Source of the DNA: Prorocentrum cordatum
Lineage: Eukaryota
Direction of reading: 5' to 3'
Length of the DNA stretch: 64,000 nucleotides
NCBI GenBank assembly: GCA_963575745.1
Contig: CAUYUJ010000303.1
Coordinates: 372,001-436,000 of the forward strand
Below are positions 12,686 through 25,200 of the stretch, piece after piece (positions within the stretch are counted from its first letter, which is position 1; every line of letters begins with the position of its first letter). Below the pieces are notes generated by a model. The model worked only from the letters and a program-made list of their open reading frames with translations, was not told the DNA's origin and ran no database searches. Position numbers and translations under genes: made by a program.

Positions 12686-14011
12686 GAGGAGGAGGAGGAG
12701 GAGGAAGAGGAGGGGGAGGAGGAGGCGTAGCACGACGACGACAACGGTGGCCCTGGCGACGAGTGCCATCATTGCCACGGCCACGACGGCGACAAAAGCC
12801 GCTCAAGAACCCGGCCTCCAGGCCTCTCCTAGCCGCGTTCTCCGAGCCGCGTCCAGCCATGGCGACACGAGAATTTCCAGGGTGCCCGAAAATTTTCAAA
12901 ATCGGGACGACGACGACGACGACGACGCCGACGACGACGACGACGACGGGGGCCCACGGCGCGCTGACGTCCAGCGAGGCAGGCGAAAGGGACGGTTTGG
13001 GAAACGGGTCGGGGAGACAGCTGCTGCATGCAGCCGGCCAGCTCTGGCCCCGCCGCTGGGCACCTCTTCCGATGCACGGCCGCCTCCGGCGCTCTGAGGC
13101 GCCGGGGAAAGCCAACCATGTGTCCCGCTCCTCTTTGCTACGTAACCCTGGGCACCACCACGACGACCACGACGACGACAAGCACGAGCACGACGAGCAC
13201 GACGACCTGGCCGCCGAAGGCCACCTGGACGCCGAGGGCCGCCGAGTGGCCCCTGGGCGCGCCCGGCGCTCCGCGAGCGGCGGCTGGCGCACGAAACGGG
13301 CGCGGAGGGGCGGGCGCCGCCTTCCGCCGAGGTCGGGCAGCTGTTCGAGTCCCTGGCGGCGCGGGTGGCCAGCGACCTGGGGCGGTGAGGGCCGCGACGC
13401 TTGCGATGGTCGCCCCGGCATCGGGGCCGCGCGCGGCGGCCCCGCCCTGGCTGGCCAGCTCCGAGGCGGGTGAGCTGCCCATCGTCACCGCCCAGGCCAG
13501 ACTTCCGACACCTTGAGGGACTCAAGGCGGCGGTTGTTCACGCAGTTCCCGGCCTCTCGGGGGCCGCCCCGGGACCGTCAAGACACTGCCCAGGCTGAAG
13601 AGCCGGCCCCGGGGAGACGGTCCAGACCTCCCTGGGGGCCCGGCAATGGAGAAGTTCAAGACGCCGGATGCCTGGGAAGGGATCGATCTTCGGCGACCTC
13701 GCAGGGTGGCCAATGCTCCATACAGTGGGGGCCCATGCCAAGAAACGCCCTGCTTGCCTCCAGGGTGCCCTGAGTGTCTTGGCATTCGATGGCTCTGCGA
13801 TGGAAAGCGTGACGTTCCCGCACCAGAAATCCATGGACGCCCCTGGGTCTCAGGGTTGGGTCTCTGGTGGGAGCTTTCTTGTGGTCGGCTCTCCACGGTA
13901 TCCCCCCCCCCGGCCGAGGTCCCCGAAGATCGATGCCGCAGGCGGCGGTGATGGACAGGTCCCCGCGCACCAGCGGGGGGGCGGAGGGAGGGGGGTCGTC
14001 AGAGCCCCGAA

Positions 14012-14225
14012 TCATCAGGGGCAACTCGGGTCAGGGCTAACTCGGGTTCGCTTTTCGGGAATCCGAACCCGGGCTACCCCGGCCCGAGTTACCCCAGATA
14101 ATTCGGGCGTCCAGAGCCCCAATTCATCAGGGGTAATTCGGGTCAGGGCTAACTCGGGTTCCTATTTCGGGAATCCAAACCCGAGTTACCCCGGACCCGA
14201 GTTACCCCGGATAACTCGGGCGCCC
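14012..14225. repeat. Two tandem ~110-bp foldback units
   Basis: GGGGTAATTCGGGTC...AACTCGGG pairs with CCCGAGTT...GACCCGAGTTACCCC. A second locus is at 53580-53795. Confidence 0.85.
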
Positions 14226-15194
14226 AACACATGCGAATCCAGCCTCGTGTGTTTCCGGCGTCCTTCGGGAGGGGGAAAAACACACGGACACAATGAATTA
14301 TCGACTCCCAGGAAGATATGGGAAACTATGGGAAGTGGGGGGGAAGGCGAAAATCCCAAAAACACGGGGAAGGATGGGAAATCCTGTTGTTTGTGTGTAT
14401 TTACTTGTGTGTCCCAGGGCCCCTTCAGTCCTGCTGCACGCAAAGGGTGACCCCTCCTGCACGCAAAGGGTGACCCTCCGCCGGGATGGCCTCCGGTGCG
14501 CGCCAGCTTTCGAGGGGCGCGGGCGGGGGGAGGCTGGCAAGCCCAGGCGCGCCAGGCGCGCACCAAAGGTCACTCTTGCCTACAGGGACACTGTAGCGTG
14601 AAGCCGAGAGCAGCAGCAGGCGATGGATAAGGGGCAACGTGGGGGTGGTTAGGCTCGGGGGGGAAAGCATACGCCCAATCGCCCATGGAGAGCCGATAGG
14701 GGACCGATAGCTCACCTCGCCCAGGAGCGCTCGGTTTTGCCATCGTCGGCCCATCGCCGATCCATCGGCGATGTATCATCGATTTCAGATCGATTCTCCC
14801 CCTTCCCCTGGGCCGCTCCCCCCTCGATCGTCGGGGGACGACACCACCACCACCAGGGGGGCCACCTCCAGCGAGGAGGTCCACGATGCCTCCCCTGGCT
14901 GGGGATAGGCGATGTCCCGAGCGAGTGGGGGGGGACCACACCAGCAGGGGGGGACCCCCTAGCTCCTCCCGCTGGTGATCCCTGGTGGTGGCGGTGTCGT
15001 TTTTTCTTGCTCCTGTATCGCTCCCCCTATCTCCCCCTCAAAGGGAGGCTGAGGGCGCGGAGCCGCGGAGCCCCCAAAGCCCCGGGCCCAGTACAACCTA
15101 ACGGTTGCTTCCAGGTTCGGCCCACGAGGGCGCGGCTGTGGTCTCGCAGCGTCTCGCGGAGCGCCTGGGGGGGGGGAGTGGGCGGAGGAGGGAG

Positions 15195-15345
15195 GAGATG
15201 GAGGAGGGGGTGGAGGAGGAGGAGGAGGAGGAGGAGGAGGAGGAGGAGGAGAAGGAGGTGGAGGCGGAGAAGGAGGAGAAGGAGGAGGAGGAGGAGGAGG
15301 AGGAGGTGGAGGAGGAGGAGGAGAAGGGAGGAGGGAGGAGGAGGA
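15195..15345. repeat. (GAG)n tract
   Basis: Visible directly in the sequence. Confidence 0.95.
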
Positions 15346-18300
15346 TTCGCTGAGGATTCGTTCGCTTTCGGTTGGTCGAGGCGGCCGAGGGCGCGGCGAC
15401 GTAACCCTAGGAGGCACCCTTCATCCCAGGCCTGTCCTGGGCAATCGTGGGCCTCAAAGAATATGATCGGGGGTGGACAGAACCCCCAACAGTGACACGT
15501 CGATTAGTGAATTGTCCGTTTTCGGTTCTCGAGAGGGCGCCGTGGCCGTTATTTTCCAGGGTTGCGCCCGCCAGGTTTGGGCCTCAGGTCGTTTTCACTA
15601 AACCACGTTTTACTAAAGGGAGGTCTGTCCATCCCCGATATGATTCGTGGTGGGGTGCCACAAACGTTTCAAACGGCCAGCTAAGACCCTAGGACTACCC
15701 CAGGGCAACTGGAAAGTAAACCTCTCCGTCGGTCCCTGGCGTACCTGGCACACCTTCGACAGAAAGCTACTCTAGGCAGGCACACCATCTGGTGGCCTTC
15801 GGCACGGGCCCTCTGGATCCGATCTCCGAGCACCGAAGGGGGCGCGGGAGGGGGGACCACAGGGCCAGGTGGGGGCTGTGGAGGGCCCACAGGGTCATCC
15901 ATTCCCCCACTAGGCGTCGGGGCGGAAGCGGCTCTGGGCCCAACGGGCCCCAGGGCCCTCAGAGGTGTCCTCGAGCCCGTGGCCGAGGACCCCGACGTGC
16001 GCGGCAAGTTCCAGAATGTCCGAAATCAATGTGTATCTCTGAATGTACGTGGCCCGATGCCAGGCCTCATGCTGATCCATTTGAGCCCCACGCTTAGCGT
16101 GGGTGACCGCTAGATTAATGCCTATGAAATACTGGGGCCCCATCTGAACCCTTTGGGCCCTGGTGGCACTAGCTTTAACCGTGTGCCATATGATTCCTAG
16201 CGGCCCGATCCCTCCGTTTTCCTCTACGAGCTTCCAACAGCGCAGTCAGACCTCTTTGCGGGCTGTGTCTGCGCGCGCGGCCCACGCTGGGCCCTTCTCG
16301 AAGCCGTCGATCACGGCCTTGCAATCATAATATATCTTGACGGGTAAGCAAGCCCGCTCGAGGACCTTGGCGATCACCACCAGCTCACTCCTGTAGATGG
16401 ACTGGTCGCTCTGGGGGCCCTCGAGCGGGCCGTACGCAGCATACTGCAGCTCCTGGTGCTCGTCCAGCTGGACGAAGGCCCGGCCTCCTCGCCGAAGGGC
16501 TGGGGACCCGCCGTACAGGAGGCTGCCGTCGGTGTAGATGTCACCATGCACAAACCCGATGAAGTCGCCCTCCACGGCGCTGGTGTCCATGGAGGGCAGG
16601 TCCCACAGCCTGGACTCCTTCGCGGGGTCGGGCGCCCGGCCCCGTCCCCAGAGCGCCTCGGACGCTGCACGCTGCGCCTCCGATGCTCCAGGCCACCTCG
16701 CCGCCCCGCGGTGACATATGTGATGTCCTCCCACAGCTCGTCTGTGTTCAGCTCTGGCTGCGCACGTGAAGGTCCTGTGGCGGTCCGTACCTGCTCCGTC
16801 GCGGCACGCCTTGCAGGTGTTGTCCTGCGCGGCGCCCTTGTCGTATAGCCGTTGCCGCGGCCATGCGCCCCCGCTCCAGAGACTCTCGTCTTCTGCTCCA
16901 GCGTCCAACAGGCAGTTCGCTGTCGCTTGAGCAGCGCACGCACGGGTTCGACGAACAATGTGGTGATGCCGTGCTTCTCCCCGTGCTTGCCGAGCCACTC
17001 TTGCCTGAGGCTGTCCTCCGTGGCCCTGCGGATGCACTGATTCAACTCCTTGATCGGGGGCGTCCTGAGGTCCAGGACCTCTTCGCCTATGGTGACGCTG
17101 TGGCCGCCTGCGTCTGCCAGCCCAGTCCCTTCGTCGTCGCCACGAAAGCTTCCGTTGGCCCGCGCTCCTGCAGCCATGGGGTCTTGGCACGACCCACTCG
17201 GTATACCCACTTCTTCCAGGCACCCTGGAGCTGGCGCAGCAGGTATGACTGGCCGTCGGCCTCCTGCTACGCCATGGTCCAGTTGACCAGCGGCTTTACG
17301 TTGGCGCGGATGCCCGGGTCTGGGTCCTCGGCCAGGAGCACCAGCGGCGTTGACTTGCCCATGGTGTTGCCCCTGAAGGAGGTCGCCACGCTCTGCCGCA
17401 GGCGCACCAGCGTGGAGCTCGCCATGCCCATGACCTGCACCACGTACATGGCAGACGGCACCCTGCCTAGCCTGATGATCGCCTGCGTGGGCCCCCCGCG
17501 CGTCGCATGCGCGGTATGCGGTCCCGCCGCGCTGTATACTTGCTCGCCCTCTTGCTGAAGGCGGTGGCCCGTCGCCTCCTGCCCGCTGCTGTGGCGACGC
17601 CCAGGTGGCCCGCGTGCCGCGCCATCCTGACGCCCATCGGTCTCACACGCTTGGCGAGGCCGTCCTGCAACGCGGTGGCCGATGCCACGGTGGCCGTCTT
17701 ACCCTCCGCGCCTTCGGGGACCTTCATGTCCAGTCCCTCGAACATGTCGATGAGCCGCTGCGCGACCTGCGCGTGCCAGTGCTGCACGGACATCCTCGCA
17801 CCTCCCGCGGCGACCGCAGGTCGTCGAAGAGGAGGCACAGCGATGCCCATGGGTAGTCCGCGACCTCGCCGTCGAGCTCCCCGAAGGTGACCATCTCGAG
17901 GCAGAGGTACGCGAGGCGGCTGCCCGCCACGACGCTTCGCGCCCGCCCCTTGCCCTCCGCGCACGCATTGTCCAGGACGATGCGGCGCGCTATGGAGTAG
18001 ATGCGCAGCACCATCTTGAGGATGACTGCGTTGAACCCTGAGCGGGTTCCCGCTTGCCACACCTCCTTGTGCGTGACGTACTCGAAGCACTTGACCAGGT
18101 CGAAGTACGTGACCGCGTACTCTATGCCCTCGGCCACCGTGGACTCGCAGAACAGCGCCTGCTCCCACGCAGCCCTCTCGCTGGACCGCCCGCGCGCCGC
18201 CCAGTCGCAGGGCTTGCGGTTGGCGCCCTCCCAATACCTGGCGCGCGGCATGCGGATAGCCTCCCACGGCCTCGCCAGCTCTGGCATCAGGCCCAGGTTG

Positions 18301-21300
18301 CAGAAGCCGCCTGCCGCCTTCGCCACCAGGTAGAAGAGGATGGTGTCCTGCGCGTGGGGTCACGGCGCGCCCGCCTCCAGCGCGTTGAGGACGCCGGCAA
18401 TCCTCGCAGCTCCATGGATTTCTCCCTCGCCCAACAGGCGCGGGTGCCATCCTGACTCGCCGAGCCCTGTCTTGTGCTTGAATCGGCCGCACGCCTCCAG
18501 CACCTGCCTCGGGGTGATGGGCCGCGTCCTGCATTCCGCCCACTCGAGGGCGGTGGGCGGCTGCAGCCACGGGGCTCGGTGATCCAGGGGGTCGCCCCAG
18601 ATCTTCTCCCAGTCTTGCAGCGCTGCCCCCACGGATTTCTGCGAATTCGCCAGCGCATGGATCCCCTCGCTGTCGTCGGCCTCCTTCCTTGCCCGTCTGC
18701 GGCTGCCGTGGAGCGGGCGCCTTGGTCCTCTCGCGAAGCCCCCCCGCTTCGTTCATTCCGCGCTTGACCACCCACTGTCTCCAGTGCGCTGCCGATGCGC
18801 CCTGGGCCATCTTCCAGTAGCGCCTGCTGGCGAGTTCCAGCAGGGTGGCGATGTAGTCCAGGTAGCACTGGGCGCCCTCGTCTATGTTGCCGAGGCGCTT
18901 GTCACAGCGCGCGCGCGATAGGCGGCCAGCTGATCGTGCCCCATGTGATGTGAGCCCCCTGGGCATCCTTTTCCCCCAGCTCTTCTCCTTCCAGCTCGTC
19001 GCCTCCTGAAGCGTCGACGCTGCCCTCTGCCGTCTGCCCAGGCGCCTTCGCCGCGAGCAGCGGGAGGACGATGTCCTGGCTGAGGAGGCCGTCCGCGACG
19101 TGCTGGCCTCGACTCCAGGTGCCATCATCTCTCCTCTCCCGCCGTGCTCGGGCCAACGCCTGCCGCTGGCTCAGCCGCCGCGCCAGCCACTGGGCGCCCT
19201 CGGCCCACTGCTGCTGCTGCTGTGCGGCCGCTGCGCACGCCGCGCGGCTTGGGCCGGCGCTGCTGCCACCTGTAGTTCGCCCTCTTGAAGTGGCCCTGTC
19301 GCTTGCAGGCGTCCTCGCCCTCGCAGCCGCGGTACTTGTTCGCGTGCTTCTCGCAGGCATTCCCCAGCTCGCTCCAGCACCCGTCGATGTGGGCCTGCGT
19401 GTGCCCCCTGCCGCTTGCTAGTGGCCTTGGCCAGGCCACCGGCTGCGTCGGGCATCCCGTCGGCCGCGTCATTGGCCAGGGCGTCCTCTTGCATGGCACG
19501 TAGATATTGCTGGTGTCGCGGTGGCGCACGGGCAGAGCCAGCTTCGCTGGCAGGCGCGGCGCCGTGCGGCAGCCTTCCATCACCTGTACCTTGAGCGTCT
19601 CCGACGCCAGGCCCCGCAAGACAATGAAGTAGTCCCGCGTGCTTCTCTCTCGGTCTGTCCTCACGCAGGTGCCCGTGTTCGCGCCGCGCGCGATGACCCC
19701 GTGCATCCTGCCGACGATCTCCGAGCTCTCCAGCACCTCGGGGCCCATGTTGAAGTCGCCTCCGAGTATCTTCTCCTGCTGGAATGCATCCATGGTAGAG
19801 TCCCACTTCGCCAGGATGCGCTGGTTCCGCGGCGCGAGGCCATCACTGTTCCACATGTAGGCGGCGCCGCAGATGAGGCCCGTCCTGGACCCCCGCGGGC
19901 TGATGCCCCACTGGTTGATCCTTTTGCGCGCGAAGTTCATGCCACGACTTCGCGCCGTCGCAATCAAAACTCCAGCGCCGCAGCTTGGCTCGGTCTTCGC
20001 GCTGCTCACGACCCCCATGTCCCAACCTTGCTTGCGCGCCCGTGCCTGGAGCAGCTCGAGCCGCGCGCCACTGGCCTGCAGCTCTTGTCCCAGGATGATC
20101 GCGTCCACGTCCTCGCGCCTGACCTGCGCCATGGCGCGCCCCAGCGAGCCCAATGTGTTGGCGTTGATCGCGTACGCAGCCAGGCTCGACTAAGCCCCTC
20201 GGCGGTTCGTGCCGCCGCTGCCGCTACCCGCGCGCGGGTAGCCATTGCTTCTTGCCGATGGTGATCGCGCGGCCTGGCTGCAGCTCGCCAGCCAGACACT
20301 TGAGAGCCCAGCCTGCACAGGAGTGACCCCCGCTCCCACGAGGGTCTTGCTGATGTCGAGCTCGCTCGCCTTCGCCTCGAGCTCGATGACGCCCCCCCCC
20401 TGGCTTCGCCGCCGTCGGGGCAGCGCCTCTTCGTGGCGTCGGCGCTGGCGCTGCGGCCCCTGTCGGCTCTGTCACGTGCTGCTCGGGCTGCCCGCTCCGC
20501 CTCGGCCTTCTTGATGCGTCCGGCGTGCTTGGCAGCCGCCTCCTCCTTCTGCTCCTTTGCGTGGTCCAGCGCGGCCGTGAGCTGCTCCTGCTGCTCGGCC
20601 CCGCTGTCAAGGCACTTCTCCGCTTGCTGCAGGAAGGCCAGCGCCGCTGCCCAACCTTCCCCTGGCCCTGGGACCGCCAGTTCCTCGATCCGCTTGTTGA
20701 GGCCGCCCAACTTGGTGCTGAACCGCTCCATCTTGGCTTGCTCGTCCGTGGGCGTCTCCTGTGTGGCTGCCAGCCCCTTCTGCTGGCAGCGCTCGATCTG
20801 GTGTCTCCAGCGTGTCGATCCTCTGCTGGCGGCGCTCCTTCTGGTCTGCGACCCTGTTGCGATCTCGTACCACTCTGAACTGCGTGAAGCAGCGCGGCAC
20901 TCCGTTGCCCAGTAATGCTTGCTCAGCGGCGAGTTTTTTCCTCGAGCTGCGCCACTTGCGGCTGCAGGGCCTCCTCCATGAACGGGCCCTCGGCGAGCAT
21001 GCGGAGCTCGGCAAGCTTGACACGGTAGTGCTGTACCTTGGCGAGCTGCTCGTCGTGGTGCTGGTCCTCCTCGGCGCCCTTGGCCGCGCTGGAGTCCGCT
21101 GAACGTGTCGATGTCGGCGGGGCACCCCACAGAAACCGTAGCGTGCGCCGTTGTACACCTTGCATGGTTCACAGCGCCATTTATTGTTGCTGCCGCCGCT
21201 TCCATTCTGGGCCTTGGTAACTACCATCCGAATCCTGTGGCTCCGACGCTCGTGGCCACTCTGAAGTCTGAGTGCCAGTGCGCGCGGCCCCCTCCTGCAG

Positions 21301-21330
21301 GCGAGAGGGCCCCCGAGCGCAAAATGGCTG
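15345..21330 (-). mobile_element. Full-length decayed non-LTR retrotransposon B: ORF1 (RanBP2-like zinc finger plus coiled coil), ORF2 APE-RT-CCHC-RNase H
   Basis: ORF1: WRCEPCKVYN. APE: INANTL, LGQEL, GGDFN, TRDYF. RT: YFDLVKCFEYV, SVVAGS, LFDDL. Then CKAC..HRTFTC and RNase H DIYTDGS, RSEL, IYYDCK. Many frameshifts. Confidence 0.88.
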
Positions 21331-21472
21331 AGGAGGAAAAGGGGGGAGGCAGGACGGAGGGCGGAGGACGGAGGACGGAGTACGGAGGACGGAGGACGGA
21401 GGACGGAGGAGGGAGGAAGAGGAGGAGGAGGAGGAGGAGGAGGAGGAGGAGGAGGAGGAGGAGGAGGAGGAG
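21331..21472. repeat. (GGAGGAC)n / (GAG)n tract
   Basis: Visible directly in the sequence. Confidence 0.95.
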
Positions 21473-22256
21473 CAGCGAGCGCATGAGGGGACGCGCCGAG
21501 CCGGGATTCGGGGCAGAACCAGACGATTGGGAAAAGGTGAGAAAGCACAATCTCTCACAGACAAGGCGGGGAATACGAAAGGGCAGGGCCTATCATATCC
21601 ACCAGCACGCGCCCGCCGACGGGCCCATGCAGCAGAATCAGGCCAGGAGAGCTGACCTGGGACCGGGGCCGATTGAATGACCGGACCCCGCAAAGCTACG
21701 AGACACAAAACAAGTTAATCACAAATTCAGGCCACTAGGCCAAGCCACTCCACCGCAGGATCCGACACGAGCATCCGCCTTGGGAGCGGGATATGATGCT
21801 TTCGGCCTTCATTGGGATGGCGGCCAGAGGCGAGATTGTTTCGCCTCCATCTATTCTGAGGGTTCCCATCAAAAACCTTGGGGCCCTCACACTCATTGTA
21901 AAGCTGAGATCGATGAGCTCGTTCCGAAAACGACCAGCAGCGCATGCGTCCGACCACGTCGCCCGCTCTATAGAGCACGTGGCCCCTCGAGGCCCGAGGG
22001 GGGATCGGCCCCTCACCAGGGAGCACCGTGCTGGGAGGGGCGGCGTTGGCCCTCGCGGTGGCCGCGGCCAATCTGGGGCGCTTGTTCGAGCCAAGCTCGG
22101 GTCCCCGGGCGACGGCGGCCTCTCTAATGCGGGTCTGGACCGCAGGTTCGAAATGAACGCGCGGCTTCGCGCGGCGGGGAGCCCTAATGGATGCGTCTGC
22201 CACCTCGTCCTCAGGCATCCTAGTTTTGCCCGCGATCCGAACAATCGGGCAGGGGC
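21473..22256 (-). mobile_element. 3'-end fragment C of a related non-LTR element
   Basis: GHVLYRAGDVVGRMRCW..LYNEC..GRHP resembles the C-terminal His/Cys motif of A (HIMQF..WWCTRC..LFDKC..GKEP) and B (GHQMV..FCRRC..LSSC). GAG tracts flank it. Confidence 0.55.
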
Positions 22257-22285
22257 GAGGAGGAGGAGGAGGAGAGGGAGGAGGG

Positions 22286-25200
22286 TCGGGAGGGTCAGAG
22301 GACGAAACAGGGGGTGGAGGGAGGGGCCCCGCGCAGCTCCTTCCTCCGAGGACCGCCCTAGTGATCAGGGCCGCCTTGGCCATCCATGGGCCTCTTGAGG
22401 CTCTGACGGGGGCCAAGGGGCGGGCTCCGCGGGACCTCCTCAGGGCTGGATTGGGACTCAGAGGCCTGAGGTGCGGAGGGGCGGTGAACTGTGCAAACCT
22501 CTAGTACCATTCTCCTACGTCCTGAGGCTGTACGCGCGAAGCGCTGACAGAATTTACAGTTCCATCCTCCAGCCAGCGTGGGCCTGAGTTCGTGCAGGCG
22601 CTGGCTCTGTGCCAGAACTGGTCGCTGGCGTTCGGGCCGACGGGGATGCTGCCGTCGACGCCTCGGCCTGCGCGCTGGCGGCGGCTGGCGGTCCAGGTTG
22701 CCAACCAACGTCATCGAAAACCCGATCCAGCACACCATCTGTCTCACAATGTTCAGCATGTTCGCGCGCAGGTGAATGGCCTCCGACGGCAACGCGTGCA
22801 TGGCCAACCCCCGCTTCGCCGCAATATCCGCGTAGTCATTGTCCTTCTTGTCGAGCGTGGCCTCGCCCTGGGTCTGGTGCGAGCGTACGTGTGAGACCTG
22901 CAGCTGCGAAGACAGTCCTCCATGATCGTGAATGGCCTGCCATATCATTATCCACAAGTCACAGTTCTGCCTGCGCGGATGCATGCACCATTCGGGCCCG
23001 CACATGAGACCTTCCATTGTGCCAGGGCAGTCCGTTCGAATATGCAACGGCAACCTCCCATGTCGTAACACTTGTATTACCGCGTATAGCTCAGCACGTG
23101 AAACTGATTGTTGATGTCCAGGGAGCGGCCCGTAGGCTATCCCCCGTAGGGCCTGACCCGTCATCATCGCTATGCCCCATCTTGCTTTGTTGGCTTTGGC
23201 CATGCGATGGGAGAGAGTCCTGAGCCGTCCGCGTAGATGTCGCCCGTCAGCTTGGTCAGGTCTCCTCCGTGGGCAAATCTCCAGGAATTCTCCATGCATG
23301 GCGACGGTATGACTGGCAAAGCGTCTCTGGGCATCAAGCCCCTGGTGAACAAGAGCTCGTTGTGAGATGAGGCCCGCGTTGCCTGGATGATGTCAGCGCC
23401 CACTGCGGCCTCGCGCTCCTGCTGGAGCAGGGGGCAGCTCCACAGCCGGTGATGTGTAGTGCCAGGGTAGTCCATGCAGTGCTGACACAGGCCATCGGTA
23501 GCATATCCATGTTTGTGAAGTCGAGCCTGAGACCACTGCCCTCCGATGATGGAGGTCCGCAGCGCGGCTCGAGCCTGCTCCGACAAGTTCCACTTCTTGG
23601 CCAGCTCCTTGGGGGCCAACAGCATCTTGAGTGGGCCCATCCAGTAACCGCATGGTCGCCTGACTGATGGTACATCTTCTGGTGCATGATCCTTCTGCCT
23701 GCTCCAGCCCTCGAACTTCACATTCACGAAATCCCGTCGCGCGAGCGTGCGGATCCATTCAGGGCTGTCTGTGGCGAGGTCTAAGTTAACGACCGGGCAC
23801 GTAGTCCATGCTGTCGCCGTCGTCGCTCGCCAGCTGAGAGAGTGAAGTGCCGCCAACACTGCTCCTGCTGGGCCTGCCACATCTGCATGCTTCGGGTTAA
23901 GTCCGAGCTTCTGGCGCTGCTGCGAAAAAGCTTTCATCCAGCACTGAGTTGGGAACCTTGTCATCCTGCACGAGCATGGCCCATGTGTAGAAAAGGTCCC
24001 ACCGTGGCCATCATCTCTGGGTGCTCAAAGAATCGTGGTTCGAGCTGCGCCGCGAGCCAGACTGAGGTGCCAGGAGGGGTGCGCCTCCAGCCCACGCGCA
24101 CCATGTTGACCATCGGCTTGATCAGTGTCTTGGTAGGGCCGACTATCTGAATGCCGTAATGCATGGCTGAGGCAATACACGGTTGCGCAACTGCACGGCT
24201 TATCTTGGCCAAGCCGTTGAGCTTCTTGAAGCGTGGGAGCCTCTTCTTCATCTTGAGCACCCTCTTGCGCATGGTGGCAAAGCTCAGCTTGTGTCCGCAT
24301 TTGGCCTCCATGCCTAAAACCTCCAGCGCCTTGTAGGGGCGGAAACCATGTCGATGCACTTGTGCTGTGACCTCCTGCGCTATGACAAAGTCAGAAGCCA
24401 ACACCTTCGCCTTGTCCTGAGCAGTGGGCAGGTCTAAGGCTCTGAGGACAGCTGCGAGCCTCCGCAAGATGCGCACTGTCTGATGTACGATGTCCTGCTG
24501 GGAAGCCACAACCTGCAACGTAATGGCGTCTGCGTATATGTCCAGGGAGTGGTGGACCTGAACTGTGTTGGCAAATGGCATCTCGAAAATGTCGAATGGC
24601 CGCATCATGATCACTTGCAGCAGGTACATGGCGATCGAGCACCCTGGTAGCACCCCATTGCTGACCTGGCACGGGTAGGAGAAAGAAGTGGCCCACTTGA
24701 TGCGCCTCGGGGCGTAGTACATCGCTAGGCATAGCTGCAGAATCTGTGAGGGAAATCCAAAGTGGTCTGCTGCCTGCAGTACCCGTCGCCAGCAAACTCG
24801 ATCGAAACACTTACTGATGTCCACCAGCGTCGTAGTTGTAGTTTTTTGCTTGTCTTGTGCATAATCCTCTGCATATATCATGGTGCGCGCGCCCACATCT
24901 AGCGTACATTTGTGGGCGCCCAGCGCATAATAAGGCATGGTATTTTCAGCAGTCCATTGCCGAACCTGCCCCAACCTGAACTTCGTATAGATGCGGTAAG
25001 CTGCAGGAAGGAGATCAATTGGCCGATACCCTCCTTGAGGTTTAGCAAGTAACATGATGTGCACATCGAGCATGGGAGTCGGCCACCGCATCCATGCTTC
25101 CGCAGTCCAGTATATGTATATCAGCATCGCTAGGGCCTCGTCTGAGATCAAAGAGAAGGCTCATGGTGGTAATGCGTCGGCTCCGAGGCCTGTGCGCCAT

